From positions 109,370,001 to 109,434,000 of the forward strand of contig CM059432.1 in assembly GCA_030390025.1 (NCBI GenBank): a stretch of DNA of 64,000 nucleotides, in the 5' to 3' direction. The stretch is from Squalus acanthias. Its lineage: Eukaryota. This document shows, in pieces, positions 24,293 through 36,741 of this stretch. A model generated the notes under the pieces. The model made no database searches, was not told the origin of the DNA, and saw nothing but the letters and a program-made list of their open reading frames with translations. The translations under genes and the position numbers were made by a program. Numbering within the stretch: position 1 is the first letter of the stretch; each line of letters starts with the position of its first letter.

Positions 24293-25512
24293 ATCTCAGT
24301 CCTAAATGGCCGACCCTTATTCTGAGACTGTGACCCCTGGTTCTAGACTCCCAAGCCAGGGGAAACATCCTCTCTGCATCTACCCTGTCAAGCCCTGTAA
24401 GAATTTTGTAGGTTTCAATGAGATCACCTCTCATTCTTCTAAACTCTAGAGAATATAGGCCTAGTCTACTCAATCTCTCCTCATAGGACAATCCCCCCAT
24501 CCCAGGAATCAGTCTGGTGAACCTTCGTTGTACTCCCTCTATTGCAAGTATATCCTTCCTTAGGTAAGGAGACCAAAACTGTACACAATACTCCAGGTGT
24601 GGTCTCACCAGGGCCCTATATAATTGCAGTAAGACGTCTTTACTCTTATACTCAAATCCTCTTGTAATAAAGGCCAACATACCATTTGCTTTCCTAATTG
24701 CTTGCTGTACCTGCATGTTAACTTTCAGTGATTCGTGTACAAGGACACCCAGGTCCCTCTAAACACCAACATTTCCCAATCTCTCACCATTTAAAAAATA
24801 CTCTGCTTTTCTATTTTTCCTACCAATGTGGATAACTTCACATTTCTCCACATTATATTCTATTTGCCATGTTCTTGCCCATTCACTTAGCTTGCCTTTA
24901 TCCCCTTGAAGCCTCTTTGCATCCTCCTCACAAATTCCCACCCAGCTTTGTATCATCAGCAAATCGGATATATTACATTTGGTCCCCTCATCCAAATCAT
25001 TGATAAAGATTGTGAATAGCTGAGGCCCAAATACTGATCCTTGCGGTACCCCACTAGTTACAGCCTGCCAACCTGAAAATGACCCGTTTATTCCTACTCT
25101 CTGTTTTCTGTCTGTTAACCAATCCTCAATCCATGCGAGTATATTACCCCCAATCCCATGAGCCCTAATTGTGTTTAATAACCTCTCGTGTGGCACCTTA
25201 TCGAATGCCTTTTGAAAATCCAAATACACCACATCCAGTGGTTCCCCCTTATCTATTCTGCTAGTTATAATCTCAAAAAACTCTAACAGATTTGTCAAAC
25301 ATGATTTCCCTTTCATAAATCTGTGTTGACTCTGCCCATTCCTATTATTATTTTCTAAGTGCTCTGCTATACATCCTTAATAATAGATTCTAGCATTTTC
25401 CCTACTTCTGATGTCAGGCTAACTGGTCTGTAGTTCCCCGTTTTCTCTCTCCCTGCTTTCTTAAATAGTGGGGTTACATTTGCTACCTTCCAATCCGCAG
25501 GAACCATTCTAG

Positions 25513-26830
25513 AACGTCTGTCAGTTCATCGCACAATCTCTGCTGCTGCTCAATGATTATTCTCTTCATCGACGGCCCGCATGATATAGCATCTGCATCC
25601 AGCTGAGCAGAGCTTGGGGTGGCCTGCGCCATCTGATGCGGACTCTCCACTACTGTCCCTGACTCCACCATCTGTTTTTGCTCACTTGTGAAGTGTGAGT
25701 CACCATGTGAAGACCCAACTATCTCTATAACTGGTAGCACCAAAGTTCGAGTATCTGAGCTGGTGCATGGTCTGCGTAAGTCCTGCGATGCTGCACCCTC
25801 AGAGGAGTTGCATAAGTCCTGCGATGCTGCACCCTCAGAGGAGCTGCGTAAGTCCTGCGATGCTGCACCCTCAGAGGAGCTGCGTAAGTCCTGCGATGCT
25901 GCACCCTCAGAGGGATTGAGCTCCTCTGAGAGTCATCGGCAACGACCTTGACCAACTCCTGCTGGACACGTGAAGGCCCTGTGGGAGATAAAAGACACGA
26001 ATGAGTACTGTCAAGGTAAGAATGTTGGAAGTTATGATTATGAACATGATCATATTGCACTCGCTGTTGACTTCAAGTCAACATGATTACGTGTTTAATG
26101 CCATGTGGCTGTCTCATATTTAATCCTGTCTACAGGTAGCTGGGAGGCCCCCATCTTCCCATTCCCAATGGCCAGGCACGCCGAGACTCTGCAGATCTCC
26201 GCCTCCTCCTCTGCAGCTTTTAATTGTGAGATGGCTGGAGGGTTCTCGACCTCTCCCTGGTGCTCTCTGATCTCTTTTCCTGCAAGGAGGGAAAGAAGAG
26301 ACCTATGAGTAAGAGTAATGGCATGTGTTCACTCAATGGATGGAGAGCATTTGTTGAGGGTGTCTATGAGGGAGAGGCAAGGCGTTACATAAGGATGAGG
26401 CTGAGTGTCAGTGCTGGATGGACAGATGGGGATGTGAGGAAGTGCATAGATAGAGAGGGATGGGTGCACCTCCAAGATAAGTTGGTGTGAGGAGTGATGT
26501 GCAGTATTAGGCTTGAGAAGGCAGAGTGAGGGTGTTGGGGTGATACGCACATCAAGATGTAGGTGAATGTGCCACTGCTCTCACCTTTCCTGCTGGTTAG
26601 GTTATTAATCCGCTTCCTACATTGGGTCCAAGAGCCTAGCACTAGGCTCCTGCTGCTGACCTCTTCTGCCACCTTCAACAACACCTTCTTGGTTTTCCCA
26701 GCAGGCTTCTTCCTCCCGTTGGTAGGAAAGAGTATCTGTCTCCAGGTCCTCACAGCCTCCAGCCGCACATCCAGTGAGGCGTCTGTGAAGCGTGACGCAG
26801 CCTTTGCATGTCTCGCTTCCATTTCTGACA
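25513..26830 (-). pseudogene. Decayed Harbinger Myb/SANT-like gene of the 11718-27119 element
   Basis: ORF 26385..26873 RFTDASLD..LEAV...VAEEVSSRS....WTQCRKRINNL followed by gtgaga donor. Confidence 0.75.
25770..25912. repeat. 36-bp tandem repeat x4
   Basis: Unit CTGCGTAAGTCCTGCGATGCTGCACCCTCAGAGGAG. Confidence 0.93.
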
Positions 26831-27119
26831 TTCCTCCTCTCTTCTTCCCAACTCCAACTCCTTCAAGTTGCATGTTTAGATTATCCCTTTAAACACTGGA
26901 TTTGAGATTACGTTATGTGGGTTGTCACCACGCCCGATGACACTGATTGGACGGGAAACCCGGAAATAAAATGCTAATGAAGTGGCTGTGTTAAAAAGCC
27001 ATTGACAAACGGGCTTAACTTATTTCTGGGTTTCCCACACGCCATTGGGCCACACCACACCCCACCCCCCACTCCACCCCGATCCGCCCCCAGCGCGTCT
27101 GCACATTAAAATCCAGCCC

Positions 27120-27692
27120 ACAGAGTATAAAGCAAATAAATTATGCCAAACCTTTATAAATCGTTGGAGTGTTGTGTCCAATTCTGGGTATCACACTATA
27201 GGAAGGATGTGTAAGCCTTGGAGAGGATGCAGAAGAGATTTACTAGAATTGTACCAGGGACTTCAGTTATGTAGAGAGACTGAAGAAGCTGGGATTGTTC
27301 TCCTTCGAACAGAGAAGGTTAAGGGAGATTTGATAGAAGTGTTCAAAATTATGAATTTTTTTCCTAGAGTAGATAGGGGGAAGCTGTTTCCACTGGCAGG
27401 AGGGTTGGTAACCAGAGGAAACAGATTTAAGATAATTGCCAAAAGAACCAGCGGGTAAATGAGAATTTTTTTTACGCAGCGAGTTGTTATGATCTGGAAT
27501 GCATTGCATGAAGCAGATTCAATAATAAGTTTCAAAAGGGAATTGGAGATATATTTGAAAAGGAAAAATTTGCAGCGCTATGGGGGAAGAGCAGGGGAAT
27601 GAGACTAATTGGATAGCTCTTTCAAAGAGCCAGCACAGGCACGAAGGGCTGAATGGCCTCCTTTTGTGCTGTAAGATTTTATGATTCTATGA
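27120..27692 (+). mobile_element. CR1 3' part continuing 11340-11717
   Basis: GDLIEVFKIM..VDRGKLFPL..TRG peptide; tail atgattctatga. Confidence 0.85.
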
Positions 27693-28743
27693 ATCATATG
27701 AGTCACTTGATTAAGTGGAAACAGCCTTTAAAGAGGAATATATTGGTTGGGCCTTCTTTATAATCCTTAGCTTTTACACATGCGTCTTTTTCTTCTTATC
27801 AGTGTGTTGTTGAGTTGTCATTTGAGCCAAGTATCATGAACCTTCATCAGCTGTTGCCAAGATCCAATGTCCACGTAGGTGTTTCCACTTAATTTAATTC
27901 CCGAGACTTTTGAGTTAATCCTCTGATTGACAAGTGGAGATGTTTGATCCATCTCACAGGATGTTTGACTTAAATTGTCTCTGTAATTGGATCTTTTGTT
28001 GTGATGTTAGTGTGTTTCAGTCACTCTGTGGAAGGTATTTGCTTTCTCTATAATCTGTTCATAGCTTGTCGATAGTTCATATGTAGCTACATGGCATAAT
28101 TATTTACACAGTAAGGATTCACCACCATTTCAAATTTTTTTTTACCTTATCCGTACTTTGAGAATTAAGTGTAATTACTTTATAAATTTTGGATTCAGTG
28201 GAAATGATAGTTCCTCCCAAACCAACTTTGTGAATTCTACCGCAGCTTCAGAACATTAAACTGAAACTTTCTTGATTTCCCCTCATTTTGGCCTCAAGAT
28301 GCCGTGGCTAATATGGAGAACTCACCACATAGAAAAGTGTGGGCACAAACGAATGTGTTACCACTACACCTTGGAGCTCCTGTATATTGCACCATGGTGC
28401 GCTCCACAATATTCCTGTTAACCTTCATCTTACGCTGGAACACATGCAGTGAGTTGTGACAGCTGCTGATATGGTTCAGAGACCCCATCGGTATCATTGC
28501 TTCTTGGAATCAACAGGAGGGGCACTGTCCCAAAGAAAACAAGTGACTTCAATCCACCGGTTTACAAATAAGGGATCATTTTGCAAGGCAAAGCTCCAGA
28601 TGCACAGCTCCACTAGACAGGAGCATGGGATGGTAATAAGACTATCCCACTTGTGCCCCACAGCAGAGCATCAGACAACACCCCTACAATATTAGTGAGA
28701 AGTCGCACAACACCAGGTTATAGTCCAACAGTTTTATTTAAAA

Positions 28744-28780
28744 TTACGAGCTTTCGGAGCACTGCTCCTTCTTCAGGTAC
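28744..28780 (-). ncRNA. Minimal hammerhead ribozyme motif (left arm)
   Basis: Minus strand TAC-CTGAAGA-A-GGAGC-AGT-GCTCC-GAAA-GCTC-GTA. Confidence 0.7.
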
Positions 28781-29096
28781 AGGTACAGTGAGGGAATACA
28801 AATCGATTACACCGTATATAAACACAGAGAACAATGTGTCTGCAGAGATACAATCTGTTAGGGAGGCATTACATCAAAGACACATCAGAGTACAGCTAAG
28901 ACAATGAGGTGGGTCACAGGGGGTCCAACGTGTCAAATGCTGCCATTTGACATGTTGGACCCCCTGTGACCCACCTCATTGTCTTAGCTGTACTCTGATG
29001 TGTCTTTGATGTAATGCCTCCCTAACAGATTGTATCTCTGCAGACACATTGTTCTCTGTGTTTATATACGGTGTAATCGATTTGTATTCCCTCACT

Positions 29097-29133
29097 GTAC
29101 CTGAAGAAGGAGCAGAGCTCCGAAAGCTTGCAA
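29097..29133 (+). ncRNA. Minimal hammerhead ribozyme motif (right arm)
   Basis: TAC-CTGAAGA-A-GGAGC-AGA-GCTCC-GAAA-GCTT-GCA; one stem I mismatch. Confidence 0.65.
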
Positions 29134-29512
29134 TTTTAAATAAAACTGTTGGGGGGAAAAATTAGGTCGCGCCCCATTTGGGGCGCAAATATCATCTGGA
29201 CGCAAATATTAGCGCCTGGCGCTAATTATCGCCACTGACTGGAAACTTCACTTTTACCGCCCCGGGAGGTGAGTGGAGCGCTAAATCAGGCGCTGCACAC
29301 CTGTCTTAAGGCGCAAAGGCCGAGCAGTGAGGCGCTAACTCAGCGCGCGAGCGCAGCGCAGCTGCTGCCAGTTAGCGAGGGAACACAGACACACTGGCGC
29401 CGGCCACGTCTTAAAGCGGGGGGGGGGCCAACTTGCTCCCCAGCCACACCCTGCTCATTGCAGCCTTGAATCTCGGCCTGGAGAGACCTGTGAATCCATT
29501 TTGCTGCCAAGG

Positions 29513-31332
29513 ATGGAGAGGGTGAGAGAACGAGCTCATCGCTTCACTGAGCGGGCCTTGGATGCTCTGGTTGGCGCGGTGGAGCGCAGAAGATGTATAC
29601 TCTTCCCTGAGAGTAGCAGGAGGCCTTTGCCATGCGAGTTCAGAAGAGTGTGGAGGGAGGTGGCTCAGAGCGTCTCCTCCAGGAGCATGGTGCCCAGGAC
29701 CCATACTCAATGCCGCAAAAAGTTCAACGACCTCTCTCGGGTCGTCAGGGTGAGTGGCTTTTTCTCAATACCTCTCCATCCCTCCATCTCAACCTCACTC
29801 TATGGCCAGAGGGTCTTAAAACCCCAATGCACAACACTCATCCAACACCTATGGCCCTTTCATGAAACACACACACACATTCCACACTTTGCATACAGTA
29901 AGGGCTATTCACCTATGGGAGGCACATCAGGCAAGACCATGGCTGCATACAGTAAAGGCTATTCACCTATGGGAGGCACATCAGGCAAGACCATGGCTGT
30001 ATATTTACTCAGATGCTGTCCTTTTTCTTACAGGCCAAGCTGGCGCATAATCGGAGACAGCAGCAACGGACAGGTGGAGGGCGGCCTCAGCTGCAACCCC
30101 TCAGCGATCTTGAGGAGCGCGTCCACAGGATTGTGGCAAGCCGGGTGATCGGTCCCGTCGCCACTGGAGACGCCGACCCCGTTCTGGACAGCAATGGTAA
30201 GGTCATCACCTTTTTGTCCTCTGTCCTTCCACTTGTCCCTCACAACACCAGCCTTTGACACTTTCAATCCAACTTGCTAACTCGCTGCACTTATTCCTCC
30301 CTTACTGCCACCCTGTCCTCACGCTAAAGCCACTCTTGTACCTCCCTGCTTTCAGATGGTGATTCACCAGCTGAGGAGACGGGCCCTGAAGCTGCCAGTG
30401 GGAGTGAAGCTGCAGCCGAGGAGGAAGAGGAAGCCGGAGCATCAGTGCCACCCTCTCCCGAGGAAGCCCATGCCCACACTGGGAACACGCCTTCCCTGGA
30501 GGGGAGCAGGGGGGAAGGGTCTGATGAGGGTGAAGCTCCAGGACCCAGCGGGCTGCAGCAATGCCATGGGGGTAGGGAAGAACGGGGGCCTTCTCCCCAG
30601 AGGGAGAGTATGCCAGCGACTGCTACTGCAATGGACGCAGAGGAGGAGCGGCTGATCACAGAAATGAACACCCAGGCGGTGGGCATGCACACTGAGCTCA
30701 TGGGTGCAGTGGGAAGGGTGCCCGAATGCATTGAGTCACTGGCAAGGAGTGTGGAGCACTTCGCTGTAGCACAGGCGGATGCCACACTAACGCTTAGTGC
30801 TGCAATTCAGTCACTGGCTGCCGTGATCACATCTCTGACTGCTCTCATGCAGACTCAGATTGAGGCCACGCGAGCACAGACTGCTGCCAACCTCGATGGT
30901 TCGTTCACATGTCCCCGGGGCTGTCACCGCGCTGCAGCAGGCCAGCAATCTGTTCTCTAGCAGATTGCTCCGGATGCTGAAGTGCTGCCCCGTGGGAGTG
31001 CCAGTGTGTCGGTCGAGCAGGGAGTTGCTGTCCTCTCTCACGATGACAGCATTCCTGCTGCCAACACTGTCACTTCTCCACTGCACTTGCCACCGCCTGT
31101 AGGACAGACTGCTGCCGCCCATGCAGAGTTGGTGCAGTCTGCAGCCGGGCCCTCCAGGCCCAGAACTGGTCGAGGCCGTCCTTCAGGGGCATCTGCAGTG
31201 TCAGGGTCTGACGAGCAGCAGCCTTCCACCAGCCTTGCTGCAGCCACTGAGGTCCCATTACGGAGGAGCAGTAGGGTTAGAAGGGGGGAAGTGCGCAAGG
31301 GAAGGAGATCACCCTCGAATGGCAAAAAGTAG
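29513..31332 (+). pseudogene. Myb/SANT-like gene copy 2, exons 29513-29749, 30034-30196, 30356-31332; nonsense TAG at 30958
   Basis: Splice phases 0 and 1 join the ORFs in frame; CGG>TAG relative to the other copies. Confidence 0.88.
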
Positions 31333-31644
31333 GAAGTGTGACAAAATGCTGGTCATTTTTTTATTAAAGGTCGAGGTTCTTGGTCCAACTTTTGTTTAGT
31401 GTTTTGGACATTATCTCCAGGTTGTGAGAACCAGTTATGTTATTGACTGTTTTTTTGTGTTTATTTCTATGAGTTTGTCATGAGGAATTGACACACACAG
31501 AGTTTGTAAAATAAATAAGTTTCTGTATTCAAAATATACATGGTTGGTGGTTGGAATTATTGGTGCCTTGGCCGGCTTAGGGGTTGCGTGCTGGGTTCAT
31601 TGATGTTGTTAGCAATGGCAGAAGCCATTTCCACAGCAGGGGCC

Positions 31645-32805
31645 CTAGAAGCGGCTTGCTATTAGCCGTTGACGGACGGCCCTTGCAGTTTCACCATTGT
31701 GGGCCGCCCTCCCGCCTTGGTGCTGCTGATGATCATCCTCCTCGTCCTCTTCCTCCTCTTCCTCCTCCTCCTCTGGTGGTGCTCCAAGGCCTGGTGGCAT
31801 TGGCTGGGTCCTGAGGATTGCCATGTTATGCAACATGCAGCACACAACTACGAAGTTGGATACTCGTTCAGGCGAGTACTGCAGGGCTCCTCCAGAATGG
31901 TTGAGACAGCGGAACCGTTGCTTCAGCACGCCGATTGTGCGCTCAATTATGTTCCTGGTAGCTTGATGGCTCTCATTGTACCACAGCTCAGCAGGGGTGT
32001 TGGGCGTACGGAGCGGTGTCATCAGCCAGGTGCTCAATGGATACCCCTTGTCCCCGAGAAGCCAACCAACTGGCTGATGCGGTGCCTCGAAAAGTTCCGC
32101 CACAGTAGTCTGGCGCAGGATAAAAGCATCGTGGCAGCTGCCAGGATAGTGGGCATTGACAGCGAGTATCAGCTGTCTGTGGTCACAGACCAACTGAACA
32201 TTCAAGGAATGGAACCCCTTTCTGTTACGGAATTCCTCGGCATTCTCATGCGGAGCACGCAAAGCCACATGCGTGCAGTGAATGGCGCCCTGCACCATGG
32301 GGAAGCCCGCTACCCTCGCAAAGCCCAGAGCGCGGTCACGCTGCTTGTCTGGGGTCATGGGGAAAGAGATGAACTCTCGTCTCCTTTTAAAGAGGGCATT
32401 TGTGACCTGCCGGATGCAGCAATGCACCGCGAACTGGGAGATATTGGCGAGGTCCCCAGCAGCAGCTTGAAATGAGCCAGTAGCGTAGAAGTTGAGAGCC
32501 ACTGTGACCTTCACTGCCACCGACAGAGACGTCCTGGACCTCAGTTGAGGCTGCAGATCTGGCTGCAGCAGGTGGCAGAGCTCAGTGACCACCTCCTTGC
32601 TGAATCGCAGCCTTCGCAAACACAGCTCCTCAGACATATGAAGGTAGGAGAGCTGTTCACGATATACCCTGGGAGGGTAAGCTCTCCTGTACATACGCCT
32701 GTTGGCCCTCCTCCGTCTGGCCATCATTGCCACTCTCTCTCTGCGTCACTGTGTCCTCCGATTCAGCTGGAGCAGGACGACGCCCCCAATCAGTGCAGCC
32801 CCCAT
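31645..32805 (-). pseudogene. Transposase copy 2: TGA at codon 20 and first catalytic D>H
   Basis: GAIHCTH vs GAIDCTH; ORF track starts only at 32733. Confidence 0.88.
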
Positions 32806-33467
32806 AGTCTCTTTGCAAGCAAAGTAATGAAGTACAGCAACTAAAGTACTAGCGAAGTTAGGATCAGTAGGCAAAACTACCTCACAAAGCGTTGAGTCAA
32901 TGCAGAAGTCTCTCTTTCTCTCTCTCCGAATCTCTCTCTCTCTCTCAGAACGAGTGGTGCAAAAATGTCCACCACAGAAAAAGACAGGAAGAGGCCCCCT
33001 TTAAATAGCGCCCCCCCCAGCTCCACAGCGATTGATAGCGTTCCAGTCTTCCGGTCGTTGGATGCGCCAGGCGGTAAGGCAGGGGGCGCCACTCAATTTC
33101 CGCTCCGGGGCGCCACAAGGGCGTTGCACCATGGAATGACGTCACAATCTGCGCGCGCAGGTGGTCGCAGCGGTAAGGTTTAGCGCCGCCGCACAATCTC
33201 TAGTTAAGTTCCCGAGCGGCGCAAACATCGCTGCGCCCGGGCGTTAGCGGCTTTGCGCCCCATTAGCGCCCTCTTAAGGCGCTAATGGGAGGCGCAACCA
33301 ACTGAATTTTTACCCCTTGGACTATAACCTGGTGTTGTGCGACTTCTCTTTTTTGTCCACCCCAGTCCAACACCGGCATCTCCGCATCATGACTACAATA
33401 TTAGCACAGCGCTTATTTTTGTAATTATATATTTGAGGAACAGATTAAATTATTTTCAAAAGACTGA

Positions 33468-34238
33468 GGGCTAAAAATTCGGCTGCTTGCGCCTCCTGTT
33501 AGCGCCTTAAGAGGGCGCTAATGGGGCGCAAAGCAGCTAGCGCCCGGGCGCAGTGCCACCCACGCCTCCCGCAAAATTCAGCGGGAGGTTAGCGGCGGCG
33601 CCAGCCGGTAGCGCCCCATGCCGCTGCGCCGCCGGCGATGACGTCATCGCCGTGCGCAGCGCCCCGCTCGCGCCCCGGCCGCGATCTTTGGACGCGCCCC
33701 CTGATTTACCACCAGACGCTATTTCCGACGGGTTCAGGGGGGCGTACGTGCGGCCGGGGCGGCGATATTTAAAGGGGAGGTGGCAGGCAGCCATTTTTGT
33801 TGCTGGCCGCCTGCCAGCACCTGCCCCTGTTGCCGTCTCCGGCCTCCTGAGCAGCCCCCCCGTGGAGTGCCGGCTGCGCTCCAAGAGCCCGGCACTTCTC
33901 TTGAGTGCCGGGCTCTTTTGCCGGCACTCCCGATCCCTGGGGGCCCAGCTGGGCCCCGGTTCGAGCTGCGCAGGGCCCCTCCCCTTTAAGAAGGGGAGGA
34001 AGGCCTGCAATACCGCGGCGTGACGTGCCGCAGCGCCTGGCGCTGCGGCACGTAGCGCAAGGATATTCCCTCGCAGCGCCCCAAGAGGGATGCGGGATGC
34101 TTCCAGTAGCGCCCCGCTTCCCTCTTGGGGCGCAACCACTGAAGTTCCGGCGCGGGGGCGCTAATTTTTTCGGGGCGCTAAACGTAGCACCCTGGCGAGG
34201 TTAGCGCCCCAAAAAGGGCAAAACTGAATTTTTAGCCC
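33468..34238. mobile_element. Young 771-bp GC/CpG-rich Harbinger MITE related to the autonomous family
   Basis: 13-bp TIR GGGCTAAAAATTC, TSD TGA; first ~85 bp match the reverse complement of the Harbinger right end. Confidence 0.92.
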
Positions 34239-34315
34239 TGAAACTTTTCAAAGCAACCAGAGATTGTTAACCGTATGTTAACATGGGGTTTGTGTGAAAA
34301 GAATTTAAAGAGAAT

Positions 34316-34960
34316 GGCCCCAAAACTCCTTGGGGGCCTACTCCACCAGCATAAGTGAAACGGTAGGGAACCTCAGGTTGCCCCTAGCACAGACTGGAGG
34401 AGACCCTGTCCCAAATCCCTGGAATGGTGTCATTTGTAATCCAAATGGGCTGCTGGGGTTTGCAAATATGTAACAGTGGCACTCACCCCGGCCCAATACA
34501 ACCCTTCTGAACTGAACTGAACACTCCACCTGAGGTGCCTTGAATCCCAAATGGGCCAAAATGTGTCTCCTACTAGTTCAAAGACGCAATGACATTGATG
34601 GTGCCTCTGAAAATGTCCCACAGGACCCACTGCACTGCGGGAGAAGGTAATCCCTCTGTTTTGGGGCCTTTAGAAAGCCAAAAGGGGCTCATTCCATGTC
34701 TCAATTGGCGTGAGATTCACTGAGACCTTTCAAGGGTGTAGAGGGAAGAATTCCTTTGAGAAGTCAGGGAAGTCATCCAACATGCCCCCCACTAATATCT
34801 TGGGTCGGGAGAAGATCTGGCCACAGCTCCCTGACTGGAATTGAAGGGTCCAGTCTAAGTGGGGTTGAGTCATGAGTTGCCGGGTTCTGGCACATATCAC
34901 GTCACCTCTCCAGGCAGAAATGGGGCTTGTGCTCTCTGCTAACCAGGGAATTTTTGGGCC
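34316..34960. mobile_element. Older Harbinger-type MITE
   Basis: GGCCCCAAAACTCC / GGAATTTTTGGGCC ends, TSD AAT/AAC. Confidence 0.6.
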
Positions 34961-35140
34961 AACCAATCTGGGCAAAAAGACATTGGTAGAAGTGAATCCT
35001 TTTTTTGGATATGGAGTCAGGCTGTAGAGATATCTGGTGCTGAATTGTCCTTTAATTTACCAGGTGCAAAACTCAGTAAAATGGAGTGGTAATGATTATC
35101 AGGATAACAACTTGCACCAGAAATATCCTGCAGAATTAAT

Positions 35141-36625
35141 GGGCTGAATCTTAACTCCCAAAAACGGATGAGTTTGGGTTGTGTCAGAGGTTAAAATGCA
35201 AAATATCTGGAACAAGAACCAAACCGACCCACTTCCGGATTTAACGGAAGAGGCACGAGGGGCAGGTGATCAATCTGCTTGCGGGAAATCAATCTGCTTG
35301 CGGGAAGCGGGTTGGTTATTTAAATATTAAATTAAGGCTGCCTGCCTTCATTTTAACAGTGATTCTATTTTTAACCACAGACAGACGGGTTTCCCAGGCC
35401 TCGGGAAACTTCGCAGCTGAAAGAAGGTAGAAGGGCTGAATCCATGAGGTAAGTGCCTTTACAGCACTGCTTTTGGGCCAGGAGGAGCAGGAGTGTTTCT
35501 TCCGGGCCAAACAAGTAAACCCTCCGCCCACCCCGCGATCTGTCTGCTCCCCCACCCTGACCACCATCGGACCCCCGGACCCCTCTGACCACCATCGGAC
35601 CCCACCAATCATCATCGGTCCCCCCCGACCACCATCGGACCCCCGGACCCCTCTGACCACCATCGGACCCCGCCAATCATCATTGGTCCCCTCCGACCAC
35701 CATCGGACCCCCGGACCCCTCTGACCATCATCGGACCCCGCCAATCATCATCAGACCCCCCCGACTACCATCGGACCCCCGGACCCCTCTGACCACCATC
35801 GGACCCCGCCAATCATCAACGGTCCCTCCTGACCACCAAGGACCCCCGGAACCCTCTGACCACCATCGGACCCCCGGACCCCTCTGACCACCATCGGACC
35901 CCGCCAATCATCATCGGACCCCCCCGACTACCATCGGACCCCCAGACCCCTCTGACCACCATCGGACCCCGCCAATCATCATCAGACCCCCCCAGCTATC
36001 ATCGGACCCCCGGACCCCTCTGACCACCATTGGACCCCGCCAATCATCATTGGTCCCCCCCGACCACCATCGGACTCCCGGACCCCTCTGACCACCATCG
36101 GACCCCGCCAATCATCATTGGTCCCCTCCGACCACCATCGGACCCTCAGACCCCTCTGACCACCATCGGACCCCGCCAATCATCATTGGTCCCCCCCGAC
36201 CACCATCGGACCCCCGGACCCCTCTGACCACCATCAGACCCCGCCAATCATCATCAGACCCCCCCCCCCCGACCACCATCGGACCCCCGGACCCCTCTGA
36301 CCACCCACGGACCCCGCGAATCATCATCAGTCCCCCCCGACCACCATCGGATGCCCCGCACGACCCAGACCCCCCTCCCCACGATCGGGACCTCCCCCCA
36401 TGATCTTTCTCACTCCTCCAATACACCTACCTGCTCTTGTAGGCTTCAGCCTTTTGAAGCAGGCTTCCTGCCCGACAGGCCTCCAGCCTGTCAATTTGGC
36501 TGCCTGTGGGCGGGAACCCCACAGAAAAACATTTGAAGGTGTTGCTGTTAAATTCTGCAGGACATTTGAGAAACCCATGCTTCCGGGTTACCCGACTTCA
36601 CAGCAGCAACCCCCCCACCCATAAC
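35141..36625. mobile_element. Harbinger-type non-autonomous element (one end seen) hosting a minisatellite
   Basis: Starts GGGCTGAATCTT; no right TIR found. Confidence 0.45.
35559..36350. repeat. Composite C-rich minisatellite (28-bp and ~40-bp modules)
   Basis: GACCACCATCGGACCCCCGGACCCCTCT alternating with GACCACCATCGGACCCCGCCAATCATCATCGGTCCCCCCC. Confidence 0.93.
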
Positions 36626-36629
36626 CAGA

Positions 36630-36741
36630 AAAGTGGAGTTGAGGCCAAGATTAGATCAGCTATGATCTTGTTGAATGGCGGAGCAGGCTCAAGGGGCCGA
36701 ATGGCCTACTCCTGCTCCTATTTCTTATGTTCTTATGTTCT
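36630..36741 (+). mobile_element. CR1 3' tail fragment
   Basis: gatcagctatgatc..tggcctactcctgctcctat(TTCTTATG)n. Confidence 0.85.

Larger units (their letters stand above)
21848..25513 (-). mobile_element. CR1 LINE interrupted by a solo LTR
   Basis: 3' tail at 21848; RT ORFs 24288..24716 and 24759..25316; sequence rejoins across 22112-24292. Confidence 0.9.
11718..27119. mobile_element. Old Harbinger element expanded to 15.4 kb by nested insertions
   Basis: 21-bp TIR GGACTGGATTTTAATGTGCAG / CTGCACATTAAAATCCAGCCC, TSD ATA/ACA; host CR1 rejoins across it; remnants at 14618-14760, 21490-21847, 25513-27119. Confidence 0.8.
29152..33316 (+). mobile_element. PIF/Harbinger transposon, copy 2 (4165 bp, more diverged)
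   Basis: TIR GGGGGAAAAATT / AATTTTTACCCC, TSD TTG. Confidence 0.97.
28696..33392. mobile_element. Penelope pLTR inverted duplication (palindrome), split by Harbinger copy 2
   Basis: Left arm 28697-28939, loop CTGC, right arm 28944-29151 plus 33320-33349; 12-bp TSD CTACAATATTAG; homologous to 9919-10155. Confidence 0.9.

Noticed and set aside
27700..28680. Host exons in apparently unique DNA (also 1110-1790, 6990-7330)
   Set aside because: Only short ORFs without recognisable homology; cannot be supported without transcript data.
33537..34204. Host CpG-island promoter or GC-rich ORFs
   Set aside because: Entirely within a TIR/TSD-bounded MITE; ORFs reflect GC content.
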